64,000 nt of DNA. It comes from Campylobacterales bacterium. Lineage in GTDB: Bacteria; Campylobacterota; Campylobacteria; Campylobacterales; Sulfurimonadaceae. Each line of letters begins with the position of its first letter. Positions within the stretch are counted from its first letter, which is position 1. The stretch lies in the NCBI GenBank assembly GCA_038205935.1, contig JBBRBK010000001.1, positions 38,595-102,594 on the forward strand, given 5' to 3'. Below the pieces are notes generated by a model. It did not search any database, was not told the origin of the DNA, and saw only the letters and a program-made list of their open reading frames with translations. Of this stretch, positions 21,712 to 31,383 are shown piece by piece. The translations under genes were made by a program, and so were the position numbers.

Positions 21712-24162
21712 TTATCCTTTTATAACAATGTTGACGAGTTTATTTGGAATCACGATCTCTTTTACGATCTCTTTATCTTCCAGCCATTTAGCGATGCTCT
21801 CTTTTGCAAGAGCTAAAATACTCTCTTGGCTATCACCTACGCTCACTTCAATTTCCGCGCGTTTTTTACCGTTGACTGAGACACCCATATTGACACTCTC
21901 TACTTCAAACACTTCATCTATGATTTTTTGAGGTACAAGGTTCTTACATGTAAAGAGTTTCGAGCTTAGTTCCCAACAGATATGCGGCACAACAGGTTCC
22001 ATTATAGATAAAAGGATCCAATATCCTTCTGTCCAAACATCTTTGTTTTCTTGTGCGCCAAGCGCGTTCATCGCTTCCATAACACCAGCTATCATCGTGT
22101 TGAAAGTGTAACGTTCTGTGTAAACTTCTTCAGCTCTTTGCAATGCTTCATACACTTTTTTACGAGCAAATTTTTCCTCTTTACTCAAAGTTGCATGATT
22201 AACGATTGGCAAAGTTTTAGAGATATTTGCTTTTGAACTTCGATCATAAAAACGTTTTAAAAATCTAAATGCACCCTCTACAGCACTGTCATTCCACTCT
22301 AACTCTTGAGTCGGAGGTGCGGCAAAAAGGATAAAAAGTCTTGCCGTATCTGCACCATATTTTTCGATCAAGGCATCAGGATCGACGGTATTGCCTTTTG
22401 ACTTACTCATTTTTGAACCGTCTTTAAGAACCATTCCTTGTGTTAAAAGTTTTTCAAACGGTTCACTGTTTTCAATATACCCGAGATCACGAAGAACTTT
22501 TGTAAAAAATCTCGCATATAAAAGGTGTAAGATCGCATGTTCAATCCCACCGATATAATGGTCAACTCCCATCCAGTAATCAACCTCTTTTTTATCAAAC
22601 CCTTTTTCATTCCACGTAGCCTTGGAAGCCGTATAACGTAAAAAATACCAAGAAGATTCCACAAAAGTATCCATAGTATCGGTTTCACGAAGCGCATCGC
22701 CATGACATGTAGGACATTTACAATGCTTCCAAGTTGGATGATTTGCTATTGGATTACCCTCGCCTGTAAACTCTACGTCTTCAGGAAGCGTGATAGGAAG
22801 ATTCTCTTTTTTCTCAGCCACTGTGCCACATGTGTCACAGTGGATCAAAGGAATCGGCGCGCCCCAATATCTCTGCCTAGAGATTCCCCAATCTTTGAGA
22901 CGGAAATTGATCACTTTTTTTCCGATACTTTTTTCTTCAAAAAGATCCATAACTTTTTGTTTTGCATCAGTTGAAGAGACACCGTCAAACTCCGCAGAGT
23001 TAAAAAGCACACCTGCCTCAGTGAATGCAGAGTCAGTCGGAAGTTCACCTTCAAGCGGTTTGATAACTGAGTGGATAGGAAGATCGTATTTTTTTGCAAA
23101 TTCATAATCTCTATCATCATGTGCAGGAACAGCCATAACCGCGCCACTGCCGTAATCCATCAAAACAAAATTCGCAATCCAAACAGGAATGCTTTTCCCC
23201 GTTAAAGGATGAAGCACATTGATCCCAAGCGAGATACCTTGTTTATCTTTTTGACGGTCAATATTATTTGAGTTTTTCATGTGACGGATAAGCGTTGTAG
23301 TCTCTTCGCTGAGCAAAGAGTTTTCAAGCATATACGTGACTATCTCATGCTCAGGAGCAAGCGCTGTATAACTTACGCCATAAATGGTATCTGGTCGTGT
23401 CGTGAAAACATCAAATTTCTCAAAGTTTCCACCTAAAAGTTTCTTACTTGACTCATCAAAATAAAGATCAAATTCTAAGCCTGTAGATTTTCCTATCCAA
23501 TTTTCCTGCATAGTCAAAACTTGTTTTGGCCAGCCATTTTCAAGAAGTTTGAGATCGCTTAGGAGTTCATCTGCGTAATCAGAAATTTTAAGATAGTACT
23601 GAAACATCTCTTTTTTAACAACTTCTGTTTCGCATCTCCAACAACAGCCATCTATGACCTGCTCATTTGCAAGAACAGTCTGATCATGCGGACACCAGTT
23701 TAAAAAACCTTTTTTGCGGTACAAAAGTCCTTTTTCGAACATATCGATGATAAAGCCCTGCTCAAACTTTGTATAGAGTGGATCACTTGTAGCAAAATCA
23801 CGCTCTGCAGAAAAAGAAAGTCCTAGAGTAGAAAGCTCTTTACGCATATAATCTATATTTTCATAAGTCCATTTTTTAGGATGGATTCCGTTTTTGATAG
23901 CCGCATTTTCAGCCGGCATACCAAAACTGTCAAATCCGATTGGATGCAGTACATTTAAACCCTGTTGGCGATAGTAGCGAGCAAAGGCATCGCCGATAGT
24001 GTAGTTTCTTACATGTCCCATATGCAATCTTCCACTTGGGAAAGGAAACATACTGAGTATGTATTTTTTATCTTTACTAAAATCATCACTTGGTTCAAAA
24101 CTGGAGTTCTCACTCCAGAATTTTTGCCATTTTTTTTCTATCTCTGTCGGGGTGTATTGCAA
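21712..24162 (-). CDS. leuS: leucine--tRNA ligase
   Basis: [29 protein letters not shown]. Confidence 0.98.
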   Translation of the reverse strand: MQYTPTEIEKKWQKFWSENSSFEPSDDFSKDKKYILSMFPFPSGRLHMGHVRNYTIGDAFARYYRQQGLNVLHPIGFDSFGMPAENAAIKNGIHPKKWTYENIDYMRKELSTLGLSFSAERDFATSDPLYTKFEQGFIIDMFEKGLLYRKKGFLNWCPHDQTVLANEQVIDGCCWRCETEVVKKEMFQYYLKISDYADELLSDLKLLENGWPKQVLTMQENWIGKSTGLEFDLYFDESSKKLLGGNFEKFDVFTTRPDTIYGVSYTALAPEHEIVTYMLENSLLSEETTTLIRHMKNSNNIDRQKDKQGISLGINVLHPLTGKSIPVWIANFVLMDYGSGAVMAVPAHDDRDYEFAKKYDLPIHSVIKPLEGELPTDSAFTEAGVLFNSAEFDGVSSTDAKQKVMDLFEEKSIGKKVINFRLKDWGISRQRYWGAPIPLIHCDTCGTVAEKKENLPITLPEDVEFTGEGNPIANHPTWKHCKCPTCHGDALRETDTMDTFVESSWYFLRYTASKATWNEKGFDKKEVDYWMGVDHYIGGIEHAILHLLYARFFTKVLRDLGYIENSEPFEKLLTQGMVLKDGSKMSKSKGNTVDPDALIEKYGADTARLFILFAAPPTQELEWNDSAVEGAFRFLKRFYDRSSKANISKTLPIVNHATLSKEEKFARKKVYEALQRAEEVYTERYTFNTMIAGVMEAMNALGAQENKDVWTEGYWILLSIMEPVVPHICWELSSKLFTCKNLVPQKIIDEVFEVESVNMGVSVNGKKRAEIEVSVGDSQESILALAKESIAKWLEDKEIVKEIVIPNKLVNIVIKG

Positions 24163-24225
24163 AAAAATCTCCTAATTAACAGTTGTTCATATTTCATTTT
24201 TTCCTCAAAAGTGAGGAAAGATTTA

Positions 24226-25197
24226 TCAGACGACTCCGCCTTCAAACTGGCTTCTCATCTTATCTTTTTCTATATCACGTTTTTTCGCATCTGCAAGCTT
24301 TGTTCTGTACTTTGTAACATCAAATCCAAACCATAGAAGCATTGGAGCTGCCACAAAGATTGAAGAATACGTCCCGATAACAACACCAATAAGCATTGTA
24401 TATGAGAATGGATGAATGATTTCTCCGCCAAACATATAAAGAGTAAAAACCACTAAGAATGTCATAAGTGATGTTAGAACCGTACGAGAGAGTGTACGTG
24501 TAATAGAATCATTAATGACCTCTTTAAAGCTGTTTTCATTTGAACCCTCAATCCCCTCACGAATCCTGTCAAAGATGATAATAGTATCATTAAGTGAATA
24601 TCCAAGAAGAGTCAATAAAGCGGCTAGTACATCCAAGTTTACTTCGACATTAAAAAATATAATAAAGCCGATCGCAATGGAAATATCATGCACCAAAGAA
24701 ACAATCGATGCAACTGCAAAACGCCACTCAAATCGAAATGCGACATAGACTAAGATACCCAGAACTGCCAAAAGCATAGCTGTTATACCCTTCGTTCTTA
24801 GTTCACTTCCAACTGCTGGACCAACCATATCTACACGTCTAATCTCAAAATCACCGGTTGGCTTGAGCATCTCTCTTGTAATATCACCAATATCTTTTCC
24901 AACATTAGTTGAAGAGGTTTTCATACGAATGATCACCTCATCATCAGAACCAAATTTTGAGATCACAGCACCATCATAAAGATGATTACTTGCAAGAACT
25001 TCTCTCATCTTTTGGACAGGTGCTTCTTGTTTATACTGGACTTGAACAATTGTTCCGCCCTCAAAATCGATACCGTAATTGAGACCTTTTGTACCTATAA
25101 GAACATAGGCCACGATGCTGAGTATCATCGAAATAGCAATGGCAAGATTTGCACGTTTCATAAAATCCAAGGTGCCTCTGTATTTAAAAAATTCCAT
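24226..25197 (-). CDS. secF: protein translocase subunit SecF
   Basis: GIDFEGG, VGPAVG.EL, GYSLNDTIIIFDRIRE. Confidence 0.97.
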   Translation of the reverse strand: MEFFKYRGTLDFMKRANLAIAISMILSIVAYVLIGTKGLNYGIDFEGGTIVQVQYKQEAPVQKMREVLASNHLYDGAVISKFGSDDEVIIRMKTSSTNVGKDIGDITREMLKPTGDFEIRRVDMVGPAVGSELRTKGITAMLLAVLGILVYVAFRFEWRFAVASIVSLVHDISIAIGFIIFFNVEVNLDVLAALLTLLGYSLNDTIIIFDRIREGIEGSNENSFKEVINDSITRTLSRTVLTSLMTFLVVFTLYMFGGEIIHPFSYTMLIGVVIGTYSSIFVAAPMLLWFGFDVTKYRTKLADAKKRDIEKDKMRSQFEGGVV

Positions 25198-26765
25198 TAC
25201 TTATCCTTCATCCCAAACCATAAATGGTTGTCGTCTGCCTTATCAACTTTTTTCTCTAAAAGATCATAAATTCCATGTGTTCCCAAAATTGCTGTAAGCA
25301 TAGAAACGGTGATCCCAATAGTTATAGTAATAGCGAAGCCTTTAATCGTTCCGGTTCCATACACATAAAGCACAATGGAAGCGATTAACGTCGTGATATT
25401 TGAATCTACAATAGAACTCATAGCATTCGAGTAGCCACCTTGAATCGCTTTTTTCAAACTCATACCTTGATTGAGAAGCTCACGAATCCGCTCTGAGATA
25501 ATAACGTTTGAATCAACTGCCATACCGACAGTCAAGACGATTCCGGCCATACCAGGAAGTGTCAATGTTGCTCCAAAAAGTGCCATGATCGCGATGATGA
25601 GTAAAAGGTTTACAACAAGTGCCACATTTGCAATAACTCCTGCTAAACGATAGTAAAACATCATAAATGCAAATACTAAGAAAAGACCTGTATATAAAGC
25701 CATCATACTCGCATGGATGCTATCTGCTCCGAGGCTTGGCCCGATAGAGCGTTTTTCCATAACATAGATCGGAGCTAAAAGCGCGCCTGAACGAAGAGCA
25801 ATCGCTAAATCTTGCGCTCCTTCCATCGTGTAATTCCCACTTATTTGTCCGCTTCCTCCACCAATACGTTCATTGATTACAGGTGCTGAATAAACTTTGC
25901 CATCAAGCACGATTGCAAGGTGATTTCCAACATTTTTAGCTGTAAAATCTCCAAATATCTGTGCACCCTCAGAATTGAGTGTAAAGCTGATAACTGGACG
26001 GTTATTTTTGTCAAACTCAACTCTTGCATCTGTTAACATTCCACCATCTAAGATAGGAATCTCATGAACTAGATGTTTTACTTCTGGAGACTGCGCATCT
26101 TGAAGAATTTCATCCCCCATATTTGAAGCATCAAGCGGAGTAAGTGTACTCACACGGGCTCCACGTCCTTCATCCACAGCCATAAGTTCAAGCTTTGCAG
26201 AGCGTGAAATAAGTTCACGAGCACGTTGTTCCTCTTCTTGAGTTTTTATCCCGGGAAGTTCTACAAGAATCTTATCTTCACCCTGACGAGCAACAATTGG
26301 CTCAGAGAGTCCAAACTGGTCAAGACGATTGCGTATAGTTTCAATAGCCTGAGTTACTGCTTGAGTTTTTGTTTTTGCAATCTCTTCAGGTGTCAGTGAA
26401 ATCGTATAAGTATCGCCTTTCGTATCAACCTTCACACCCTTCATGTCTGCAAAAAGTTTAGTGATATTTTTTGCATCATCATGATCGAGCAAAGTAAAAT
26501 CTACTGTACTCGCTGTGATACTCAAAGAATCTACAAGGATCTCATTATGCTCCGTGTAGTGTTTCACACTTGAAGCAATAGACTTGACGCGTGACACAAC
26601 TGCTTCATCTGTTTTAACACCCAAAAGTAAGTGAAGACCACCCTGAAGGTCAAGCCCTAGAGTAATTTTTGCACCTTCTTTTGTTTGAAAAATAGATGGA
26701 ACCGAATAAACAATCGCAAAGATTATTGAGATTGCAAATATGATTATTCTGTAATTAAATTTCAT
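25197..26765 (-). CDS. secD: protein translocase subunit SecD
   Basis: LGLDLQGG, GPSLGADS, GMAVDSNVIISERIRE; start taken at MKFNYR. Confidence 0.97.
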   Translation of the reverse strand: MKFNYRIIIFAISIIFAIVYSVPSIFQTKEGAKITLGLDLQGGLHLLLGVKTDEAVVSRVKSIASSVKHYTEHNEILVDSLSITASTVDFTLLDHDDAKNITKLFADMKGVKVDTKGDTYTISLTPEEIAKTKTQAVTQAIETIRNRLDQFGLSEPIVARQGEDKILVELPGIKTQEEEQRARELISRSAKLELMAVDEGRGARVSTLTPLDASNMGDEILQDAQSPEVKHLVHEIPILDGGMLTDARVEFDKNNRPVISFTLNSEGAQIFGDFTAKNVGNHLAIVLDGKVYSAPVINERIGGGSGQISGNYTMEGAQDLAIALRSGALLAPIYVMEKRSIGPSLGADSIHASMMALYTGLFLVFAFMMFYYRLAGVIANVALVVNLLLIIAIMALFGATLTLPGMAGIVLTVGMAVDSNVIISERIRELLNQGMSLKKAIQGGYSNAMSSIVDSNITTLIASIVLYVYGTGTIKGFAITITIGITVSMLTAILGTHGIYDLLEKKVDKADDNHLWFGMKDK

Positions 26766-27021
26766 CCTCATACTTTCTTGATACCGAGTCTTTTACCAAT
26801 TTTGCTATATTTTCTTTATCAATTGAAACAGTCAAGAACTTCTCTTCAACTTTTTTGATCTCAACTATTAGTCCTCCGGCTGTTACGACTTTATCACCTT
26901 TTTGGAGTGACGCTATCATCTCTTTACGAGATTTTGCCTCTTTTTGTTGAGGACGAATGATCACAAAATACATGATCGCAATTAAAAATACAAACGGTAG
27001 TAATTGACTTAGTAGTGCCAT
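26755..27021 (-). CDS. yajC: preprotein translocase subunit YajC
   Basis: MYFVIIRPQQK...LQKGDKVVTAGGL; start taken at ATG 27021. Confidence 0.95.
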   Translation of the reverse strand: MALLSQLLPFVFLIAIMYFVIIRPQQKEAKSRKEMIASLQKGDKVVTAGGLIVEIKKVEEKFLTVSIDKENIAKLVKDSVSRKYEDEI

Positions 27022-27092
27022 GGATAACCTTTTTAGCGTAAAATTGTCGCTATTATACAAAATCTAAACCTAAAGAGAGATATAATTACTCC

Positions 27093-28322
27093 ATGAATAA
27101 ATATTTACATAGAACCTTTCCCTTGCTAAAAGATATTTTCTTTGCCGTTATTACGGCTGTTTTTTTCAGTGCATTTATCTATTTTGCACATTTTAACCTA
27201 CCATGTAAGCTCTGCGATTCTCTGTTTGCACTCGCAGCTTTTGCCTCTTTGCTCTATGCACCAAAAAGAGTCGTATTGTTCAGCGGTTTTTTCATCGGAC
27301 TCTTTTGGTTTTACTGGATCGGTTATAGCTTCAAATACTACGGAATGAGTCCTTTGGTAGAACCATTTATCGCTCTTGGTTTTGCTCTTGTTTATACACT
27401 CTTTTTTGGTACACTTGCTCTTACTAACAAAGTCTATATTCGCGCATTTATCTTATTTGGACTTAGCTACGTTGCACCTTTTGACTTTAACTGGATGAAG
27501 ATTGAACTGCTCTTTATCAACAGCTATTTTGGCACTACAAAGTTAGATCTCGCACTTATACTATTCGCGCTTGCTCTGCCTGCATTTTTCCATGGCAAGT
27601 TCAAATATCTTCCACTTTTAATCGCGGGTTTTGCACTTTCTTTTTCACATCCAACATTAACGCCGCCTCCGCTAAAAATCGATCTTATCGCCACACATCT
27701 AGGTCAAGCTGAAAAATGGGATCCAAATAACTTACAGTACGTTGTCAATCTCAATCTCTCATATATTGATGATGCCATCACGCAAGGCTATGACGCAGTC
27801 GTTTTGCCAGAATCGGCTTTTCCGATGTTTTTAAACGAATCGCCGATTTTACTAGAGTATTTAAGCGAAAAATCGAAACAAATTCCCATCATCACGGGCG
27901 CACTTCTTAATGAAGACGGCAAGCATTATAATGTGACTTACCATTTTGAAAATGGCACTTATACGATTGCAAAAAAAATAGTTTTAGTGCCATTTGGAGA
28001 GTACGTTCCATTGCCAAAATTTATGCAAAAATGGGTGAGTGATACATTCTTTGGAGGTGCAAGTGATTTTTCTGTGGCTAAAAAGCCTACTGATTTCATT
28101 ATTAAAGGAATTAAATTCAGAAATGCTATTTGTTTTGAAGCAACAACAAATGAACTTTATCAGAACAGTCCGCAATATATGATAGCAACAAGTAATAATG
28201 GCTGGTTTTTACCATCCATTGAACCGACTTTGCAGAATTTACTGCTAAAATATTACTCACAAAAATATGGAACTGTTATCTTTCATGCCGCAAATCGGGC
28301 TGGAACTGGCATTATAAAATAA
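27093..28322 (+). CDS. lnt: apolipoprotein N-acyltransferase
   Basis: TM N-terminus; VLPESA, K..LVPFGEYVP, ICFE catalytic motifs. Confidence 0.94.
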   Translation: MNKYLHRTFPLLKDIFFAVITAVFFSAFIYFAHFNLPCKLCDSLFALAAFASLLYAPKRVVLFSGFFIGLFWFYWIGYSFKYYGMSPLVEPFIALGFALVYTLFFGTLALTNKVYIRAFILFGLSYVAPFDFNWMKIELLFINSYFGTTKLDLALILFALALPAFFHGKFKYLPLLIAGFALSFSHPTLTPPPLKIDLIATHLGQAEKWDPNNLQYVVNLNLSYIDDAITQGYDAVVLPESAFPMFLNESPILLEYLSEKSKQIPIITGALLNEDGKHYNVTYHFENGTYTIAKKIVLVPFGEYVPLPKFMQKWVSDTFFGGASDFSVAKKPTDFIIKGIKFRNAICFEATTNELYQNSPQYMIATSNNGWFLPSIEPTLQNLLLKYYSQKYGTVIFHAANRAGTGIIK

Positions 28323-28344
28323 CTCTTACATGTAAGGAACAAAA

Positions 28345-29268
28345 ATGAAAATTGCTCAAAATATTACTGAACTTATAGGCAATACGCCGCTCGTTAAACT
28401 ACAAAAGCTTTCAGCTCAAAGTGGTGCGACGATTTTAGGAAAATGTGAGTTTATGAACCCAACAAGTTCTGTCAAAGACCGCATCGGTTTTAATATGATA
28501 AAAACTGCGATGGATAATGGACTTATCAATGCCGACACAACCATCATAGAGCCGACAAGTGGTAATACAGGAATCGCTCTAGCTTCCATCTGCGCGGCAC
28601 TTGATTTGAAGCTCATCCTCACTATGCCTGAATCTATGAGCATCGAGAGACGTAAACTTTTAAAAGCGCTCGGAGCCGAGCTTGTCCTGACCGCAGCGTC
28701 TGAGGGAATGAGGGGTGCGATCAACAAAGCAGATGAACTATCCAAAACGATAGAAAATTCTATCATCTTGCAACAATTTTCAAATCCTGCAAATCCTGAG
28801 ATTCATAGAAAAACAACAGCTTTGGAAATACTTCGTGATACTGATGGACAGGTTGATGCTTTTGTCGCAGCCGTTGGAACAGGTGGGACACTGATGGGAA
28901 CTTCGAGCGTCTTAAAAGAGCAACTGCCAAATATCACAATCTTTGCTGTTGAACCAAAAGACTCCGCTGTTATTTCAGGCGAGAAAGCAGGAGCTCATAA
29001 GATTCAAGGCATCGGTGCAGGTTTCATCCCTGAAATCTTAGATGTTCATATCTTTAATGAAGTGATCAAAGTCAGCAATGAAGATGCTATCGAGATGGCT
29101 AAAACACTCGCTCGCACTGAAGGACTTCTGGTAGGAATATCTGCTGGAGCCAATGTTTACGCTGCGATGCAAGTAGCTTCTCGCAAAGAATTCGCTGGAA
29201 AAACCATCGTTACTATCCTTTGTGATACGGGCGAGAGATATCTGAGTACCTCCCTTTTTGATGAATAA
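28345..29268 (+). CDS. cysK: cysteine synthase A
   Basis: IGNTPLV, NPTSSVKDR, EPTSGNTG, HKIQGIG, DTGERYLS. Confidence 0.97.
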   Translation: MKIAQNITELIGNTPLVKLQKLSAQSGATILGKCEFMNPTSSVKDRIGFNMIKTAMDNGLINADTTIIEPTSGNTGIALASICAALDLKLILTMPESMSIERRKLLKALGAELVLTAASEGMRGAINKADELSKTIENSIILQQFSNPANPEIHRKTTALEILRDTDGQVDAFVAAVGTGGTLMGTSSVLKEQLPNITIFAVEPKDSAVISGEKAGAHKIQGIGAGFIPEILDVHIFNEVIKVSNEDAIEMAKTLARTEGLLVGISAGANVYAAMQVASRKEFAGKTIVTILCDTGERYLSTSLFDE

Positions 29269-29839
29269 CAATCTATTTGAAACTATAAAGATAGAAGATG
29301 GAGAAGCTCTTCATCTTGAGTATCATCAACAAAGAGTAAACATCGCCCTCAACACTTTAGGATTTTATAACAAATTTGACCTCAGAGATTATCTAAATCC
29401 TCCAAAACAAGGAGTTTATAGATGCAAAATAATCTACAATGAAACAGTTATAAAAGTCGAATATTTTCTCTATCAACTCTCGCCCATCAACTCTTTAAAA
29501 CTAGTTTATTGTGATGCAATCAACTACCCTTTAAAATATGCAAACAGAGATGAATTAAACAAACTTTTTGAACTTCGTGAAAATTGTGATGATATTCTTA
29601 TAGTAAAAAACTCTAGTTTAACAGATACTTCAAAAGCAAATATCGCTCTCTTCGATGGTTCAAAATGGTTTACACCTTCCACTCCTCTTTTACACGGAAC
29701 AACGAGAGCCAGACTTTTAGATGAAAAGAAAATCTTTGAAAAAAGCTTACATGTAAGCGATATCAAGAACTTTAGCAAAGTAGCAGTTTTAAATGCGATG
29801 GTTGATTTTTGTGTACTCAAAGATGGTATAATTGCGTGA
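29258..29839 (+). CDS. aminotransferase class IV / aminodeoxychorismate lyase (PabC-like)
   Basis: LFETIK...HLEYHQQR, TDTSKANI, LLHGTTR. Confidence 0.85.
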   Translation: MMNNNLFETIKIEDGEALHLEYHQQRVNIALNTLGFYNKFDLRDYLNPPKQGVYRCKIIYNETVIKVEYFLYQLSPINSLKLVYCDAINYPLKYANRDELNKLFELRENCDDILIVKNSSLTDTSKANIALFDGSKWFTPSTPLLHGTTRARLLDEKKIFEKSLHVSDIKNFSKVAVLNAMVDFCVLKDGIIA

Positions 29840-29864
29840 AAATTAATACCTAGAGGCAGTTTTT

Positions 29865-30323
29865 ATGCTATTTGACATTGTAAAAAACAGTGAATTTCAA
29901 AAACTTATGCAACATCATATTGAAGAATTAATTGTTTATTTCTTTCAAACTGAACAAAATTTTGGCATTCTTTGTAAAATAGATGAGATCTCTTTTGATC
30001 CTGCACTTCCAGATTCTATCAATAAAGAATTCCGTCCGATGACGCTTTTCTTTTTAGCCGGTTATACTTTTGAAACAGCACATATAGATGGTGATACACT
30101 AATTTTTGAAGCCGGTTTTGGCGTGGAAAACATTGGTAGTTTTGTTACTGTTCCGCTACTGAGCATTATGCAAATTATCGTTGATGAAACACCTATTTTT
30201 GTAAATGTTGCAACATATACAAGAGAAAAACAAGAGCAAAAAGTTTCAAACAGTAATGATGGAATCAAAAATTCTATGGAAGCGCTGCTAAAAAATCCTG
30301 AAAACAGCAAGTTTAAAAAGTAA
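29865..30323 (+). CDS. hypothetical protein
   Basis: 152 aa ORF with TATAAT and GAGG upstream; no function recognised. Confidence 0.8.
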   Translation: MLFDIVKNSEFQKLMQHHIEELIVYFFQTEQNFGILCKIDEISFDPALPDSINKEFRPMTLFFLAGYTFETAHIDGDTLIFEAGFGVENIGSFVTVPLLSIMQIIVDETPIFVNVATYTREKQEQKVSNSNDGIKNSMEALLKNPENSKFKK

Positions 30324-30332
30324 GAAAATTGC

Positions 30333-30364
30333 GATATAACACCTTACATGTAAGGTGTTATATC
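30333..30364. terminator. 32-bp perfect palindrome between convergent genes, centred on CTTACATGTAAG
   Basis: GATATAACACCTTACATGTAAGGTGTTATATC equals its reverse complement; terminator role inferred. Confidence 0.7.
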
Positions 30365-31254
30365 TTAATAGCTAAAAGAAAATTAACTACGTTATCGATA
30401 AACGCGTCATGTTTACGCTCTTTTGAATACGCTATATAAAATTTACGTGTGATCTTATAGTTTTTGACTCTAGCTTCAAATAAAGTTCCATTTTCAATCT
30501 CATGTGCTATAACATGACGAGATACTACTGAAACTGTCGGTCGTCCTGTTTTTGATGCGTAGAGAATAGACTCCTTAATCGCAGTAGGACTTGTTACGAC
30601 ACCTATAACATTAAAGCTACTACATTCAACACCGATCTCTTCAAAAACTTCTGAAGTCAATTTTCTTGTATGCGAATTTTCATTTCTACAAATCCAGTCA
30701 AATTTATAAAGATCTTCCCGTCTTAGTTGTTTTGGAATCGGCTGATTTGAAAATATTACAAGTTCATCTTCAACCCATTCTCTATAGATAATGCCTTCAT
30801 GAATAACTGGAGATTCAATCAAAGCTATGTCTATCTTTTTATCTTCCAACTGTTCTATAACCTCGGCTGAAAGCGCGACTTGAAGATGTACTTCGTTATC
30901 TATCTTCTCTTTGATAGCCCCCAAATAAGATGGAAGAATATAGTTTCCTATGGAATATGAAGAGCCCATAACAAAAGTAAAATCTTTATTGATAATCTTT
31001 AAAAGCTCTTTTTCACTACTTGAAATCGCTTTTTCTAAACGAGTTGCGATACGAAAAAGATCTTCACCCTCTTTTGTTAAACGGATACCATTTTTTTTAC
31101 GTTCGACGACTCTTGTATCAAGATAATCTTCTATGTATTTTATCTGTTGAGTGACCGCTGGTTGAGAAATACCGAGTTTTGCAGATGCCTTGGAAAAACT
31201 TTTTTCTTTGACCACTGTCAAGAAAGTTTGTAGTTTTGCAAAATCTTTGAGCAT
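30358..31254 (-). CDS. LysR family transcriptional regulator
   Basis: SFSKASAKLGISQPAVTQQIK..E HTH, RLTKEG. Confidence 0.95.
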   Translation of the reverse strand: MLKDFAKLQTFLTVVKEKSFSKASAKLGISQPAVTQQIKYIEDYLDTRVVERKKNGIRLTKEGEDLFRIATRLEKAISSSEKELLKIINKDFTFVMGSSYSIGNYILPSYLGAIKEKIDNEVHLQVALSAEVIEQLEDKKIDIALIESPVIHEGIIYREWVEDELVIFSNQPIPKQLRREDLYKFDWICRNENSHTRKLTSEVFEEIGVECSSFNVIGVVTSPTAIKESILYASKTGRPTVSVVSRHVIAHEIENGTLFEARVKNYKITRKFYIAYSKERKHDAFIDNVVNFLLAIKI

Positions 31255-31383
31255 AATAATTCCTATAAGTTTAATGAATAATAAAATTATAACTCAAAAT
31301 TATAATGAATGCAATAGATTTCTAATAAAGCATTTTTTTTTAGATATAATAAAGGAATAAATCAAATTAAATGATGTGAACCT

